A DNA stretch of 64,000 bases from Candidatus Sysuiplasma jiujiangense (GTDB lineage: Archaea; Thermoplasmatota; Thermoplasmata; Sysuiplasmatales; Sysuiplasmataceae), in contig JAHEAD010000001.1 in NCBI GenBank assembly GCA_019721075.1, positions 1 to 64,000 on the forward strand. The letters run 5' to 3'. Below are positions 1 to 8,662 of the stretch, piece by piece. The position numbers and the translations under genes were made by a program. The notes below the pieces were generated by a model. That model did not search any database. It saw nothing but the letters and a program-made list of their open reading frames with translations, and had not been told where the DNA came from. Positions within the stretch are counted from its first letter, which is position 1, and every line of letters begins with the position of its first letter.

Positions 1-808
1 GCGGCAAACTGATACAAAACGCCGGGTTAAGAATTCCTGAAAGTCCGGATGGTGGAAGAGCATAAGGGTTCCCCACATTCCGATCGTATGCACCTATTAT
101 AATCAGATCCAAAAGCTCCTCTGTTTCTATATATCTCAATCTGCAGCCAAATATTTCAATCGAATCTATGCCAACCATATCAAAATTTCTCAGTACAACA
201 GCGCTCCTTCTGTTTCCATTAGGATTGCTGACATGACTCTTCAGCTCTTCAAACACTTTCGAAAAATTACCTTGGTTGAATTCGAACTTAAAATTCATAA
301 TGTAATCTGCGACGAAATTGCGGAAGATCCTGTGCAGAAGAAATGCCTCTTTGCTCATGTCCCGCTTTGACTCCTCAGGAAATTGCACAGGCAGTGGAAG
401 CTCAATCCAGCCAAAGCGCTCAGCAAAACCTGCAGAAGACATGAATTCGACACACTTTTTCACTTGTGGAAATTCAGCCATCTTAATGATCTCCTCTGCA
501 AAACCACTCGACATCAGGGGCGATAGTCTTTGAATTTCCTTCATTTTCCACGTTCTGGCTTCATAGTTAATCTCTACTGCCGTGATTTCTTCATTAATTG
601 CAACTTGATTGGCTTTATTTGCAAGTTGACTCAAAACAAATTCTGTTGCCCTTTCGAGAATGGCACTGAGTCTGTCAAGGTTCTCCGACAATTCGTTGTC
701 TTGCAATGCCACCACTGGTGTAATAGAATGCTGGTGATTTAAGCGCTTCAGATACGCCTCACTGAGGGCTGACAGGGGTGACGGGAAATCCAGGACTCTG
801 GAATTCAT
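1..808 (-). CDS. Partial hypothetical protein (>=269 aa, runs off the left edge)
   Basis: Not in the ORF track. My translation from ATG at 808 (MNSRVLDFPSPL...VVLRNFDMVGIDSIEIFGCRLRYIETEELL...PAFCISLP) has no stop before base 1. Confidence 0.65.
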   Translation of the reverse strand, partial: MNSRVLDFPSPLSALSEAYLKRLNHQHSITPVVALQDNELSENLDRLSAILERATEFVLSQLANKANQVAINEEITAVEINYEARTWKMKEIQRLSPLMSSGFAEEIIKMAEFPQVKKCVEFMSSAGFAERFGWIELPLPVQFPEESKRDMSKEAFLLHRIFRNFVADYIMNFKFEFNQGNFSKVFEELKSHVSNPNGNRRSAVVLRNFDMVGIDSIEIFGCRLRYIETEELLDLIIIGAYDRNVGNPYALPPSGLSGILNPAFCISLP

Positions 809-951
809 CGAATCTCACTTTTCTGCGGGAAGAGTAATCCGCGCTTTGTTTCAATTAATCATATTCGACTGCTCTAAGCCTTCAAAACTGCGATACAGTC
901 AAATAATAACACGCTTATAGTAGACGTCGGCGCGGGTGTAACGCGAAGAGC

Positions 952-1698
952 TTGACAGCATATAATTCCGGCCAAGGCAGGGGGACTACTAAATCCATGG
1001 AAGAGCAGTTGCTCTCCTTTTCATTCAGGCACGGAAGAGACTGGACCAGGCTGACAAACAGGCTACGTTGCCGTATGGAGAGCCTTTCCTGGCATCCGAA
1101 CGGCACCGACTTCAACTATGAAATTATACTGGCAAAATGGGATGACAAAAGGACAACAATCGATTCATTCTTCAGGAGACAGGAGACAATCGGGCTGATC
1201 AATGAACTAATCAACTGTGAGCGTATTTTCCGCAATATTTACATGGTATCGTTCACTGGACCATTTCACAATACGGTCAGGGAAAATCTCCTGAAGTACA
1301 ACTTGACAACATACAGTTCAAGTGTGGAAGAGGGCGTTCAGAAATGGAATGTTTTGATACAACCGAGGAGTCAATTCAGATTTATACGCAGTTTGATGGA
1401 TATCGGAAACTTTACTGTAAATCCCGCCTTGTCGGCGGTCAGTTCAATTGACATGTCCAGAATCATGTGGGCAAATCAGCTCCTCTCTAAACTTTCCAAG
1501 CTGGTCCTTACTGACAAGGAAATAGAATATCTCATGGCTGCAGGCAGACTGGGTTACTTCAACGAAAGGCGAAGCCTCAGCGTAACAGACATGGCCGCTC
1601 TTCTTTCCAGAAACAAATCAACAGTTGACAGATCACTGAAATCTGCGATCGGTAAACTCCTCAGTTGCATTATCGCTTCCATGAATGAGGCCAATTAA
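952..1698 (+). CDS. Archaeal HTH_10 (bacterio-opsin-activator-type) transcriptional regulator
   Basis: The C-terminus LTDKEIEYLMAAGRLGYFNERRSLSVTDMAALLSRNKSTVDRSLKSAIGKL matches the HTH_10 pattern. The true start may be ATG at 997. Confidence 0.8.
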   Translation: MTAYNSGQGRGTTKSMEEQLLSFSFRHGRDWTRLTNRLRCRMESLSWHPNGTDFNYEIILAKWDDKRTTIDSFFRRQETIGLINELINCERIFRNIYMVSFTGPFHNTVRENLLKYNLTTYSSSVEEGVQKWNVLIQPRSQFRFIRSLMDIGNFTVNPALSAVSSIDMSRIMWANQLLSKLSKLVLTDKEIEYLMAAGRLGYFNERRSLSVTDMAALLSRNKSTVDRSLKSAIGKLLSCIIASMNEAN

Positions 1699-1708
1699 TG
1701 CGAAAGCA

Positions 1709-2686
1709 TCAATAAAACCGGGGATAGTGCGGATTTACTTTTTCCCAAATCATCCTCCGTATACCTTCCCACACGAGTCCCTCCAGTTCAAAGGGAATGC
1801 CATCTGAGCCGGGATCAAGCCATTTCGGGGGACCATTGTGAAGACCGGCGGTTGCCGCACTTTTGAGGGCGGATATTAGTGTCTGTTTGTCCGGAAGCGC
1901 ATAAAAGTCTCCCGAAATTGCAGCCAGTGCCCCTGCAATTCCGTAAGCACCGAAATTTGAAACTGAGGAAAAGACCAGTGCGTCTGTTCCAACAGCCGAT
2001 GCAATGATTCTGCCATTAGGATGGAATTTAATGACTTCTTTCTCGATGAGGCCGCATCCGGCCTCATTGCCTCCGTCTCCCACGCCAACTGTTGGTATGC
2101 CTCTTTTTGGAGCTTCGTTTAAAATGTCATCTAGCCTCGCCACTTTGGAAGAAATGTCCATTCCCTTCATTGACATATATCTGCCTGAGGAATTCTTTGA
2201 TGGCCTTTCAATGGCTACAATTGCTGACGGAGAAAACTCATCAAATACGGAGCTAAAATCAATCTCTGTATTTTCCTTGAATCCTCTGACCACGACCTGG
2301 TGTTCCTCCCCCAATCTGCCAGCCAAACTGAAACCGCAGCCCATGAAGCACTTCTCAACCATCCATGCCTGGCTTGCATCTGTAAGCACCACGGGTCTCA
2401 CCCTCAGCAGCTCCGAAAGAACCCTTGACAGCATGGATGCTCCGACCGGACCATCCTGCTCGGCAACGAAGTCGCCGTAAGTCGGGAAACCGGTAATGAA
2501 CAAGACGCATGAATCAGGCCTAACCTTCTCATTTATCAACGAAGCTGCCCTGTAAGTCAATGGAATATTTCCGGACTGTCTGCGTGCAGCGTCGTAAAGG
2601 TCAATTATGAACTTCCTGGAATGAAAGTCCGTTGATACAAGTCTGTCAATGTGTTCGGATATCTCCATTGCTGCGGAACCATTCAT
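1709..2686 (-). CDS. DUF4392 / D-glutamate cyclase-like protein
   Basis: Motifs ITGFP, EQDGPVG, AIERP, GVGDGGNEAG and VSNFGAYG are typical of the D-glutamate cyclase (DGLUCY) C-terminal domain family. Confidence 0.8.
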   Translation of the reverse strand: MNGSAAMEISEHIDRLVSTDFHSRKFIIDLYDAARRQSGNIPLTYRAASLINEKVRPDSCVLFITGFPTYGDFVAEQDGPVGASMLSRVLSELLRVRPVVLTDASQAWMVEKCFMGCGFSLAGRLGEEHQVVVRGFKENTEIDFSSVFDEFSPSAIVAIERPSKNSSGRYMSMKGMDISSKVARLDDILNEAPKRGIPTVGVGDGGNEAGCGLIEKEVIKFHPNGRIIASAVGTDALVFSSVSNFGAYGIAGALAAISGDFYALPDKQTLISALKSAATAGLHNGPPKWLDPGSDGIPFELEGLVWEGIRRMIWEKVNPHYPRFY

Positions 2687-2719
2687 TCAGCGATCGGACA
2701 TTGATGGCAATTTGCATAT

Positions 2720-2735
2720 ATTTAGTCACCTAAAT
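2720..2735. promoter_or_regulatory. Inverted repeat ATTTAG-N4-CTAAAT overlapping the minus-strand TATA of the DUF4392 gene
   Basis: Sequence atttagtcacctaaat lies about 35-50 bp upstream of the ATG at 2686. Confidence 0.35.
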
Positions 2736-3042
2736 CAATTTTCATTTGAGCTGGTAAGCTTCACAGGGTTCCGGCTGGAGATTGATGCAGACACAAGATT
2801 TCAGCGCAAAAGCCTGGCATAAGATTATGCCCTCAATGCGACAGGCATGATATGCTTAGATCGCCCGGGCTTTTGGAGATTGCCTGATGAAATTACTACG
2901 GTGACCTGTTCGCAGGAAGCCATGAGCAAACTGTCAGGTTGGGTCGCGCCCGGCATGGCCTTCCGATTAATTCAATGATTGATGGAAAATTTTTGAGCTG
3001 CAGGACCTCATATGTGGACTCAAGGTTCCGGATTTGCGCTGG

Positions 3043-3058
3043 ATGCAACATGTTGCAT
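3043..3058. promoter_or_regulatory. Perfect 16-bp palindrome ATGCAACATGTTGCAT, candidate operator of the permease operon
   Basis: Exact palindrome just upstream of a TATA-like tttatc (~3065), in the divergent intergenic region. Confidence 0.5.
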
Positions 3059-3198
3059 ACCAGGTTTATCTCTTTCCGGGAATTTAGTGGTTGTTGCCGG
3101 CAGGATGGTCTCTGTTCGTTCAGTACTTTGCTTACCAACATTGAAAAAGACTGTAGACCAACCACGGATGCTCCATAAGTTAAGAAAGGGGACTCGAA

Positions 3199-4656
3199 AT
3201 GTCGTCGGGAACGGTTAATGAGAAGGTGGGAGTGGCTAAGCATGCGAGCGCAACTGGCCTTGTTCCGAATCAGGTCGGATTCTGGGGACTGGTCTTCCAG
3301 GGTCTCGGCGGCATTGCTCCGATCGGCATATTTTTTGCACTGATCGGAACAGCAGAATTCGTGCAGGGCGCAATGGCGCTGGTCTTTCTGGTAGGATTCG
3401 TGGGTGTGTTGATGTCCGCAAACACGTTATTCTGGTATTCGAGAAAAATTGCCAACGCCCGAGGCTACTATGGCTATGTGAAAGACGGCCTTGGAAGACA
3501 TGCGGCAACATTTACAGCCTACAGTTATGTCCTATACGCGGCAAGCAATGCAGCTGGACTGATTCTCTTTTATCTTGTGGGTTTCAGCGGCTCAATTAAT
3601 CTGGTGTTTCATACAAATTTCCCGTGGTGGGCAGGCATAATATTTGCAGGCTCAGGTCTTGCTGTTGTCTTCTATGGTATGTGGTCTGGTCTGAAGCCGA
3701 GTATCAAGGCGATGATTGCGCTTGGTGTTCTCCAGATGATAGTCCTGACAGTAATATCTCTCATCTTCATAGCGAAGGCACCTGACAACAGCGTCAAGCC
3801 CTTTACACCGTATACAGGAGTTTCAGGATTATTCCTTGGTTTTGTAACAGGAGGATACCTTGCTTACGGCGGATATGGCTCCATCGTTTCTCTGGGTGAA
3901 GAAACGAAGGCTCCAAACAAGACCGTTGGAAAGGCACTCATTACAATCCTTGTGATAGGCGCATTTGCATGGGTCATTGCCTCCTACGCGACTGCAGTAG
4001 CCTGGGGTCTTGGAAATATGAAGTCTTTCGTTACAGCAGAGGTTCCCGCAGCAATCCTCACCAACCGATATATCGGTGTCGGGGCAACTGCCATAATGAC
4101 TCTGCTTTATGACCTGGTCATATACACACTGCTCAACAACTTCCTTACGTCAGGGAGCAGGGTGGTCTTTGCGATGGGAAGGGATCGCCTGCTGCCCGCA
4201 TCACTTGCCAAGGTGAATCCGAAAAGAGGAGTACCTGTTGCAGGTATAGCCGTCATTACGGGTATAACCATCCTTCTTGCTGCAGTCTCGACCGCTGTCC
4301 TGGTTGCAATGTACGGCGTGCCCAACGGCATAATAGATTCATACATAGTGCTTGGAATACTCACGACACTGCTCGCATTACTCGTCCACGGAATGGCCAG
4401 CCTTTCTATAATATGGTCAGGTCTAAGAAAGAGGTTTGGTCAGCTCAATGCAAAGAGGATTTTGCTGCTTGTTTTGATTCCCATCGCATCCATAATCCTG
4501 ACCGTAGCTGCCATCTACTACGCCGTACTCGGAATTACGTTTCCATTTGAAGCCGCTCCGATAGTGTTTGTATTGTTTTGCATCGTTCTCATCGTTGTTC
4601 TGGCGCTGCGAAGAGACAGAATTCCTGCGCTGGAGGCGATAGGTGAAACAGAGTGA
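3199..4656 (+). CDS. APC-family amino acid/polyamine permease
   Basis: About 12 TM segments, with GGIAP in TM1, AYGGYGSIVSLGEETKAP and SRVVFAMGRDRLLP motifs. Confidence 0.9.
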   Translation: MSSGTVNEKVGVAKHASATGLVPNQVGFWGLVFQGLGGIAPIGIFFALIGTAEFVQGAMALVFLVGFVGVLMSANTLFWYSRKIANARGYYGYVKDGLGRHAATFTAYSYVLYAASNAAGLILFYLVGFSGSINLVFHTNFPWWAGIIFAGSGLAVVFYGMWSGLKPSIKAMIALGVLQMIVLTVISLIFIAKAPDNSVKPFTPYTGVSGLFLGFVTGGYLAYGGYGSIVSLGEETKAPNKTVGKALITILVIGAFAWVIASYATAVAWGLGNMKSFVTAEVPAAILTNRYIGVGATAIMTLLYDLVIYTLLNNFLTSGSRVVFAMGRDRLLPASLAKVNPKRGVPVAGIAVITGITILLAAVSTAVLVAMYGVPNGIIDSYIVLGILTTLLALLVHGMASLSIIWSGLRKRFGQLNAKRILLLVLIPIASIILTVAAIYYAVLGITFPFEAAPIVFVLFCIVLIVVLALRRDRIPALEAIGETE

Positions 4657-4688
4657 TGAGAATAGTGTGATCCCCCTGACTTGCTTGG

Positions 4689-6227
4689 ATGGAAGTGGAC
4701 GGTTTGCTTGAACGGCTGGGTGTAAGGAAAGTCATTAACGCAAGCGGAACCCTAACGCGACTCGGCGGATCAAGGGTCTTGCCTGAAGCAATGGGTGCCA
4801 TGCTTGAGGTCGCTTATGATTTCGTAGACATGAATGAGCTCATGGAAAAGGCAGGCTCATTCGTTGCAAAACTCGTGGGTGCCGAAGCCGCATTCATAAC
4901 TTCTGGAGCGGCTGCCGGGATCGTTCTGTCAGTTGCATCCTGTATGACTGAAGGTGATCCAGACAAAATGGCCGCGCTTCCGAATACTGATGGTATGAAA
5001 AATGAGGTACTGATGCAATCGGCTCACTGGAAGGATAACCCTTATGCAGTCCTTTCCACGATAGCCGGTGCTAAGATAAAATTGATCAGCAACGAAGCGC
5101 CAGACATTGAGAGCGAACTGGAAAGGGAAATCTCAGTCAGAACAGCTGCAATAATCCATACAGAATACTCTCCGGACGATTCACTGCCTCTCACAAATGT
5201 GGTCAGGATAGCAAGATCACATGGAGTTAAAGTGATAGTCGATGCTGCCGCCGAACTTCCGCCTGCGGAAGCACTGACAGAATTTCTAGAGGCGGGTGCC
5301 GACGCCGTGATCTTCAGCGGCGGAAAGGACATTTCCGCACCCAATGATACTGGCGTCATCCTGGGAAGGAAGGACATCATCGACCATGCCAGGCTTTTGG
5401 GACCATTGAGCTATCTCAACGTTGGCGGACAGATGAGAACTTTTATCGGCAGACCCATGAAGACAAGCAAGGAGGACATTGTCGCGTTTGTCACAGCATT
5501 TGAGAAATATCTGAGCTTGGACCATGCTCAAAGAATCAGGAGATGGAACGACATCTGTGATCGGCTTGTAAAATCGGTAAGAGCTGCAACGGACGACAGG
5601 ATCAGCATAGAGAAGGTCATTCCCGGAAAGGGAGAGCGCATCAGACCTGTCGTTGCACCTAGGATAAAATTCAACATTTCGGGAATAGAACCGGAGATTA
5701 TATCTGAAAGACTGAAAAGGTATGAACCGCCTGTCTATGTTATTTGCCGCGACGACGGAATCTACATCAATCCGCAGTGTCTGAGAGATGACGAAGTCGC
5801 AATCGTGGAGAGTGCCCTCCTTTCTGTTTCGGGAGTCAAATCCAACAGGAGCACCGGCGATGTCCCAGGACTGGGAAAAGGAGGAATATACAGCCACTTC
5901 ACCTCAGCGGGTGGGCTTGTGTTCGTATCCGGTGTCAGCGGTCAGGACAGTCAGACCGAAACGACATTTGCGGATCAACTGAGCACGACAATGATGAAGC
6001 TTGAAAGAATCCTGCAGGAAGCTGGCTCCTCTCTCCAGGACGTGTTGAAGTTTACAGTCTATCTTTCGAGCAAGGAATTTTTCAGCGAGCTTAACGAAGT
6101 GTTTGCAAAAAGGTTTCCGTCAAATCCGCCCTCTAGGACGACCATCGTCTGCGATTTCGTTGCGCCTTTTATGAAAGTTGAGATTGACGCTGTTGCGATC
6201 AAAACACACCATACAAAAGAAGGTTGA
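4689..6227 (+). CDS. SelA-related/DgaE-like PLP-dependent enzyme fused to a C-terminal RidA (YjgF/UK114) domain
   Basis: N-terminal part has VINASGTLTRLGGS, VIVDAAAE, FSGGK (PLP Lys) and GRPMKTSKE. The last ~125 aa (from ~5841) have YSH...VFVSG...VLKFTVYL...PPSRTT...KVEIDAVA. One continuous frame. Confidence 0.85.
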   Translation: MEVDGLLERLGVRKVINASGTLTRLGGSRVLPEAMGAMLEVAYDFVDMNELMEKAGSFVAKLVGAEAAFITSGAAAGIVLSVASCMTEGDPDKMAALPNTDGMKNEVLMQSAHWKDNPYAVLSTIAGAKIKLISNEAPDIESELEREISVRTAAIIHTEYSPDDSLPLTNVVRIARSHGVKVIVDAAAELPPAEALTEFLEAGADAVIFSGGKDISAPNDTGVILGRKDIIDHARLLGPLSYLNVGGQMRTFIGRPMKTSKEDIVAFVTAFEKYLSLDHAQRIRRWNDICDRLVKSVRAATDDRISIEKVIPGKGERIRPVVAPRIKFNISGIEPEIISERLKRYEPPVYVICRDDGIYINPQCLRDDEVAIVESALLSVSGVKSNRSTGDVPGLGKGGIYSHFTSAGGLVFVSGVSGQDSQTETTFADQLSTTMMKLERILQEAGSSLQDVLKFTVYLSSKEFFSELNEVFAKRFPSNPPSRTTIVCDFVAPFMKVEIDAVAIKTHHTKEG

Positions 6228-6233
6228 AATTCG

Positions 6234-7031
6234 ATGAAAACAGTCCTTGTTGTAGAACCACATCCTGATGACACTGCGATAATGGCAGGAGGAACAGTCG
6301 CCAAGCTGACAGCTGAAGGAAGCAGGGTCATAATAGTGACCGTCACTGACGGTGAAAGAGGAACGATGGACAGAAGCATAAAATCGGCAGATGATCTCAG
6401 AAGGATCACCAGGACAGAGGCAGCCAGAGCTTCCGAAATACTTGGTGTCGAACAGCAAATATTCCTGGGTTATCTCAATCACGACGTAATGTTTGAGAAG
6501 GAATTGGAACTCAAAAACAGGATCATGGGCCTCATCAGAAAATTCAAGCCGCATATAGTGATGACTTACGATCCTTATGGTAAGTACGAGCCAAACCCCG
6601 ACCACCGCACCGTCTCGTTTGCAACATATGATGCAGCCACCTTTTCGCATTACCACCTCGAGTGCCCCGAACAGATAGAGAAGGAGGGTCTTGATACGCA
6701 CATAGTTGATGAAGTCTGGTTCTACAATTCACCGGAGCCAAATGCAAGTTTTGATGTGACCGATTACCTCCCAAAGAAAGTGGAAGCAATGTCTGCTTAT
6801 TCAAGCCAGCTGGAATCCATGATCGAGGAGGTTAGACAGAGACTGCGTTCTGCAGGCTACCGGGCAAAGTTTCTTGAGAGCGGTTCGAAGAAGGAAAAGA
6901 TACTCAACCTGTGGGTATACCCGTCGCTGAGCGGCGGCCGCCTCGTCGAGAAGTTCAGAATAATCAGGCCATTCATAACAGAGCGCGTCGGCTATCTGCT
7001 GTCCAGCAACCTCGTGGAACCGGCTGTCTGA
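6234..7031 (+). CDS. PIG-L/LmbE-family metal-dependent N-deacetylase
   Basis: VEPHPDD, VTDGERG, RxxEA and NPDH motifs; starts 6 bp after the fusion gene. Confidence 0.85.
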   Translation: MKTVLVVEPHPDDTAIMAGGTVAKLTAEGSRVIIVTVTDGERGTMDRSIKSADDLRRITRTEAARASEILGVEQQIFLGYLNHDVMFEKELELKNRIMGLIRKFKPHIVMTYDPYGKYEPNPDHRTVSFATYDAATFSHYHLECPEQIEKEGLDTHIVDEVWFYNSPEPNASFDVTDYLPKKVEAMSAYSSQLESMIEEVRQRLRSAGYRAKFLESGSKKEKILNLWVYPSLSGGRLVEKFRIIRPFITERVGYLLSSNLVEPAV

Positions 7032-7439
7032 ACCTCTTCAGGACGTGGATTCGTATTTCATCCTGCCTGTAGCCGGAGCTGCTTAATAGAGGATTTGTTC
7101 ATTTGAATTATCTCTTTTCTCGTGCAAACTCCCTTTTCTCCCAACAACTCCTCAGTGTCTGAATTTCCAATCTGCGAGCTGATCTCACCTTCCTTCGCAT
7201 TCTGAGTCCGACGTTTATGAGATTCTGAGTGTGGACATAGCTGCAGATGCTGGCACAATGTAATCGTCTTCCAGAGCCGCCAATAGAGTGGCTGGATGCG
7301 GTGAACTGCTTTAGAAGCGATAGAGTGTGGGATCCGGATGAAAGACCGGTCAGCCTCCATTCCCTATCAGGTTTAAAAGCCAAATAAGATTGCTTGGTGA
7401 TGGGTTTTATTAGATATGCTATCAGTGATTTTTTAGCTA

Positions 7440-7856
7440 TTACTGTCCCGTAAATACGGTTTCCTCCTGAACGAAACAAATTTTATTCCCAAACGGGTCC
7501 TTCAGGTAGAATGATGTTTCTCCCCAGGGTCTTGTCCCAATCTCATCTAAAATTACAGCTCCCAATACCTGCGCTCTTCTGAAGACAGCATTGAGATTCC
7601 TGACTGAGAAATATATGTGATCTGGATTTGGGGGGAGATCGAAATTGTCACCATCTTTCCTTGGGTCAAAACATGCAAGTATTGTGCCGCCGCACTGGAA
7701 ATAATGCCTTCCGGGAGAGACCCTACTTCCCTCCATGTTAAGCAATGAGGAGTAAAATTTCTGAGCCTTTTCTATGTCGCTTACAGGAAGTATGACCCTG
7801 AAGAGTCTCGGAATACAAGTATCCGGATCTGTAACAGGCATTGAGATACAGATCAA
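7440..7856 (-). CDS. VOC/glyoxalase-family protein
   Basis: VILPVSDIEKAQKFY, HIYFSV and PWGETSFYLKDPFGNKI. Likely start is ATG at 7841. Confidence 0.85.
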   Translation of the reverse strand: MICISMPVTDPDTCIPRLFRVILPVSDIEKAQKFYSSLLNMEGSRVSPGRHYFQCGGTILACFDPRKDGDNFDLPPNPDHIYFSVRNLNAVFRRAQVLGAVILDEIGTRPWGETSFYLKDPFGNKICFVQEETVFTGQ

Positions 7857-7949
7857 CAGATCATTTTATGCCTATAAGGTTTTCCGGTTACTGGCGTTGT
7901 TACATTCCTGCTGATAAGCAGCGGTGAGTTAGTAAGATGTTCGCAGGAG

Positions 7950-8278
7950 TGGAACGGACCCATGTTTTTGGAATCACCTTCCGCTCTTTGGACTTGATGT
8001 AACCGCCTAAGGCAAAGGCTGTTCCCTGTATTTCATGTAGAACTCTATAGGTGTTGAATAACCTCTTGCCGGACTCCACAGGCCATATGTATTCAGTCTT
8101 CAGCGTGCTGTGGAACGACTCTATGTACTCCTGCTGTTCAGGAGTTCATTCCCTGTATATTGATGAATCCTCCTTCTGTTTCCAAATCGATCCATTTCTC
8201 TGTTCGCTCTTTCACTTTTACCTCTTTCTTTGGTAATTAATCTCCCGAGACGATTCTGTTTTCAATGGGTCCGGACCA
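7950..8278 (-). mobile_element. Non-autonomous IS3-like remnant (MITE-sized, 329 bp)
   Basis: Imperfect terminal inverted repeats TGGAACGGACCCAT / ATGGGTCCGGACCA with TG...CA ends. The internal minus-strand fragment TPEQQEYIESFHSTLKTEYIWP (~8073-8145) resembles a DDE integrase-core helix. No target-site duplication seen. Confidence 0.65.
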
Positions 8279-8662
8279 CGCTTCGATCCTAAAGGCAGGA
8301 AATGAATAGTCTCTTCATTGTGTGAATACTCAATTTTCCATATTCCACAGAATGAGCCGTGAGAGTCTTCACCTTTCCTAATTCAAGTCACAATTGCAGT
8401 GCACAATCCTCTTTACCTAATACCTCAAAAGTGAATACTTCTAATCTGCAACTATTCCTTAAGTCGCACTATGAGAGTATTTGCTGAGAAATACTCTGCT
8501 CCGTCAAGGCATATGCGCATACGGTGGGATTACTGCTACTGTTCGTTCTTAAGTGCGATAATTGAGATTCATAACGGCTGACAAATATATATTCATTGTA
8601 AATGAGTGCTCATCAGGTAAGAGGAACGAAAGAGAAAGAATAAAAATCATGGGTGGTTCGAG

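Noticed and set aside
4689..5840. Selenocysteine synthase (SelA) and a Sec system
   Set aside because: No tRNA-Sec, SelB or SelD in the window. Archaea use PSTK/SepSecS, and the catabolic context fits the SelA-related DgaE group.
5286..6701. Long antisense ORFs (203 aa and 193 aa)
   Set aside because: They shadow well-supported plus-strand genes and have no recognisable motifs.
7058..7479. Overlapping 100-aa and 123-aa minus-strand ORFs
   Set aside because: No family motifs. Possibly a decayed gene, but I cannot support a call.
8342..8365. ATTCCACAGAATGAGCCGTG as a degenerate CRISPR repeat (CreA/scaRNA-like) upstream of cas4/1
   Set aside because: Only the TCCACA core matches; there is no stem and no ATTGAAGC handle.
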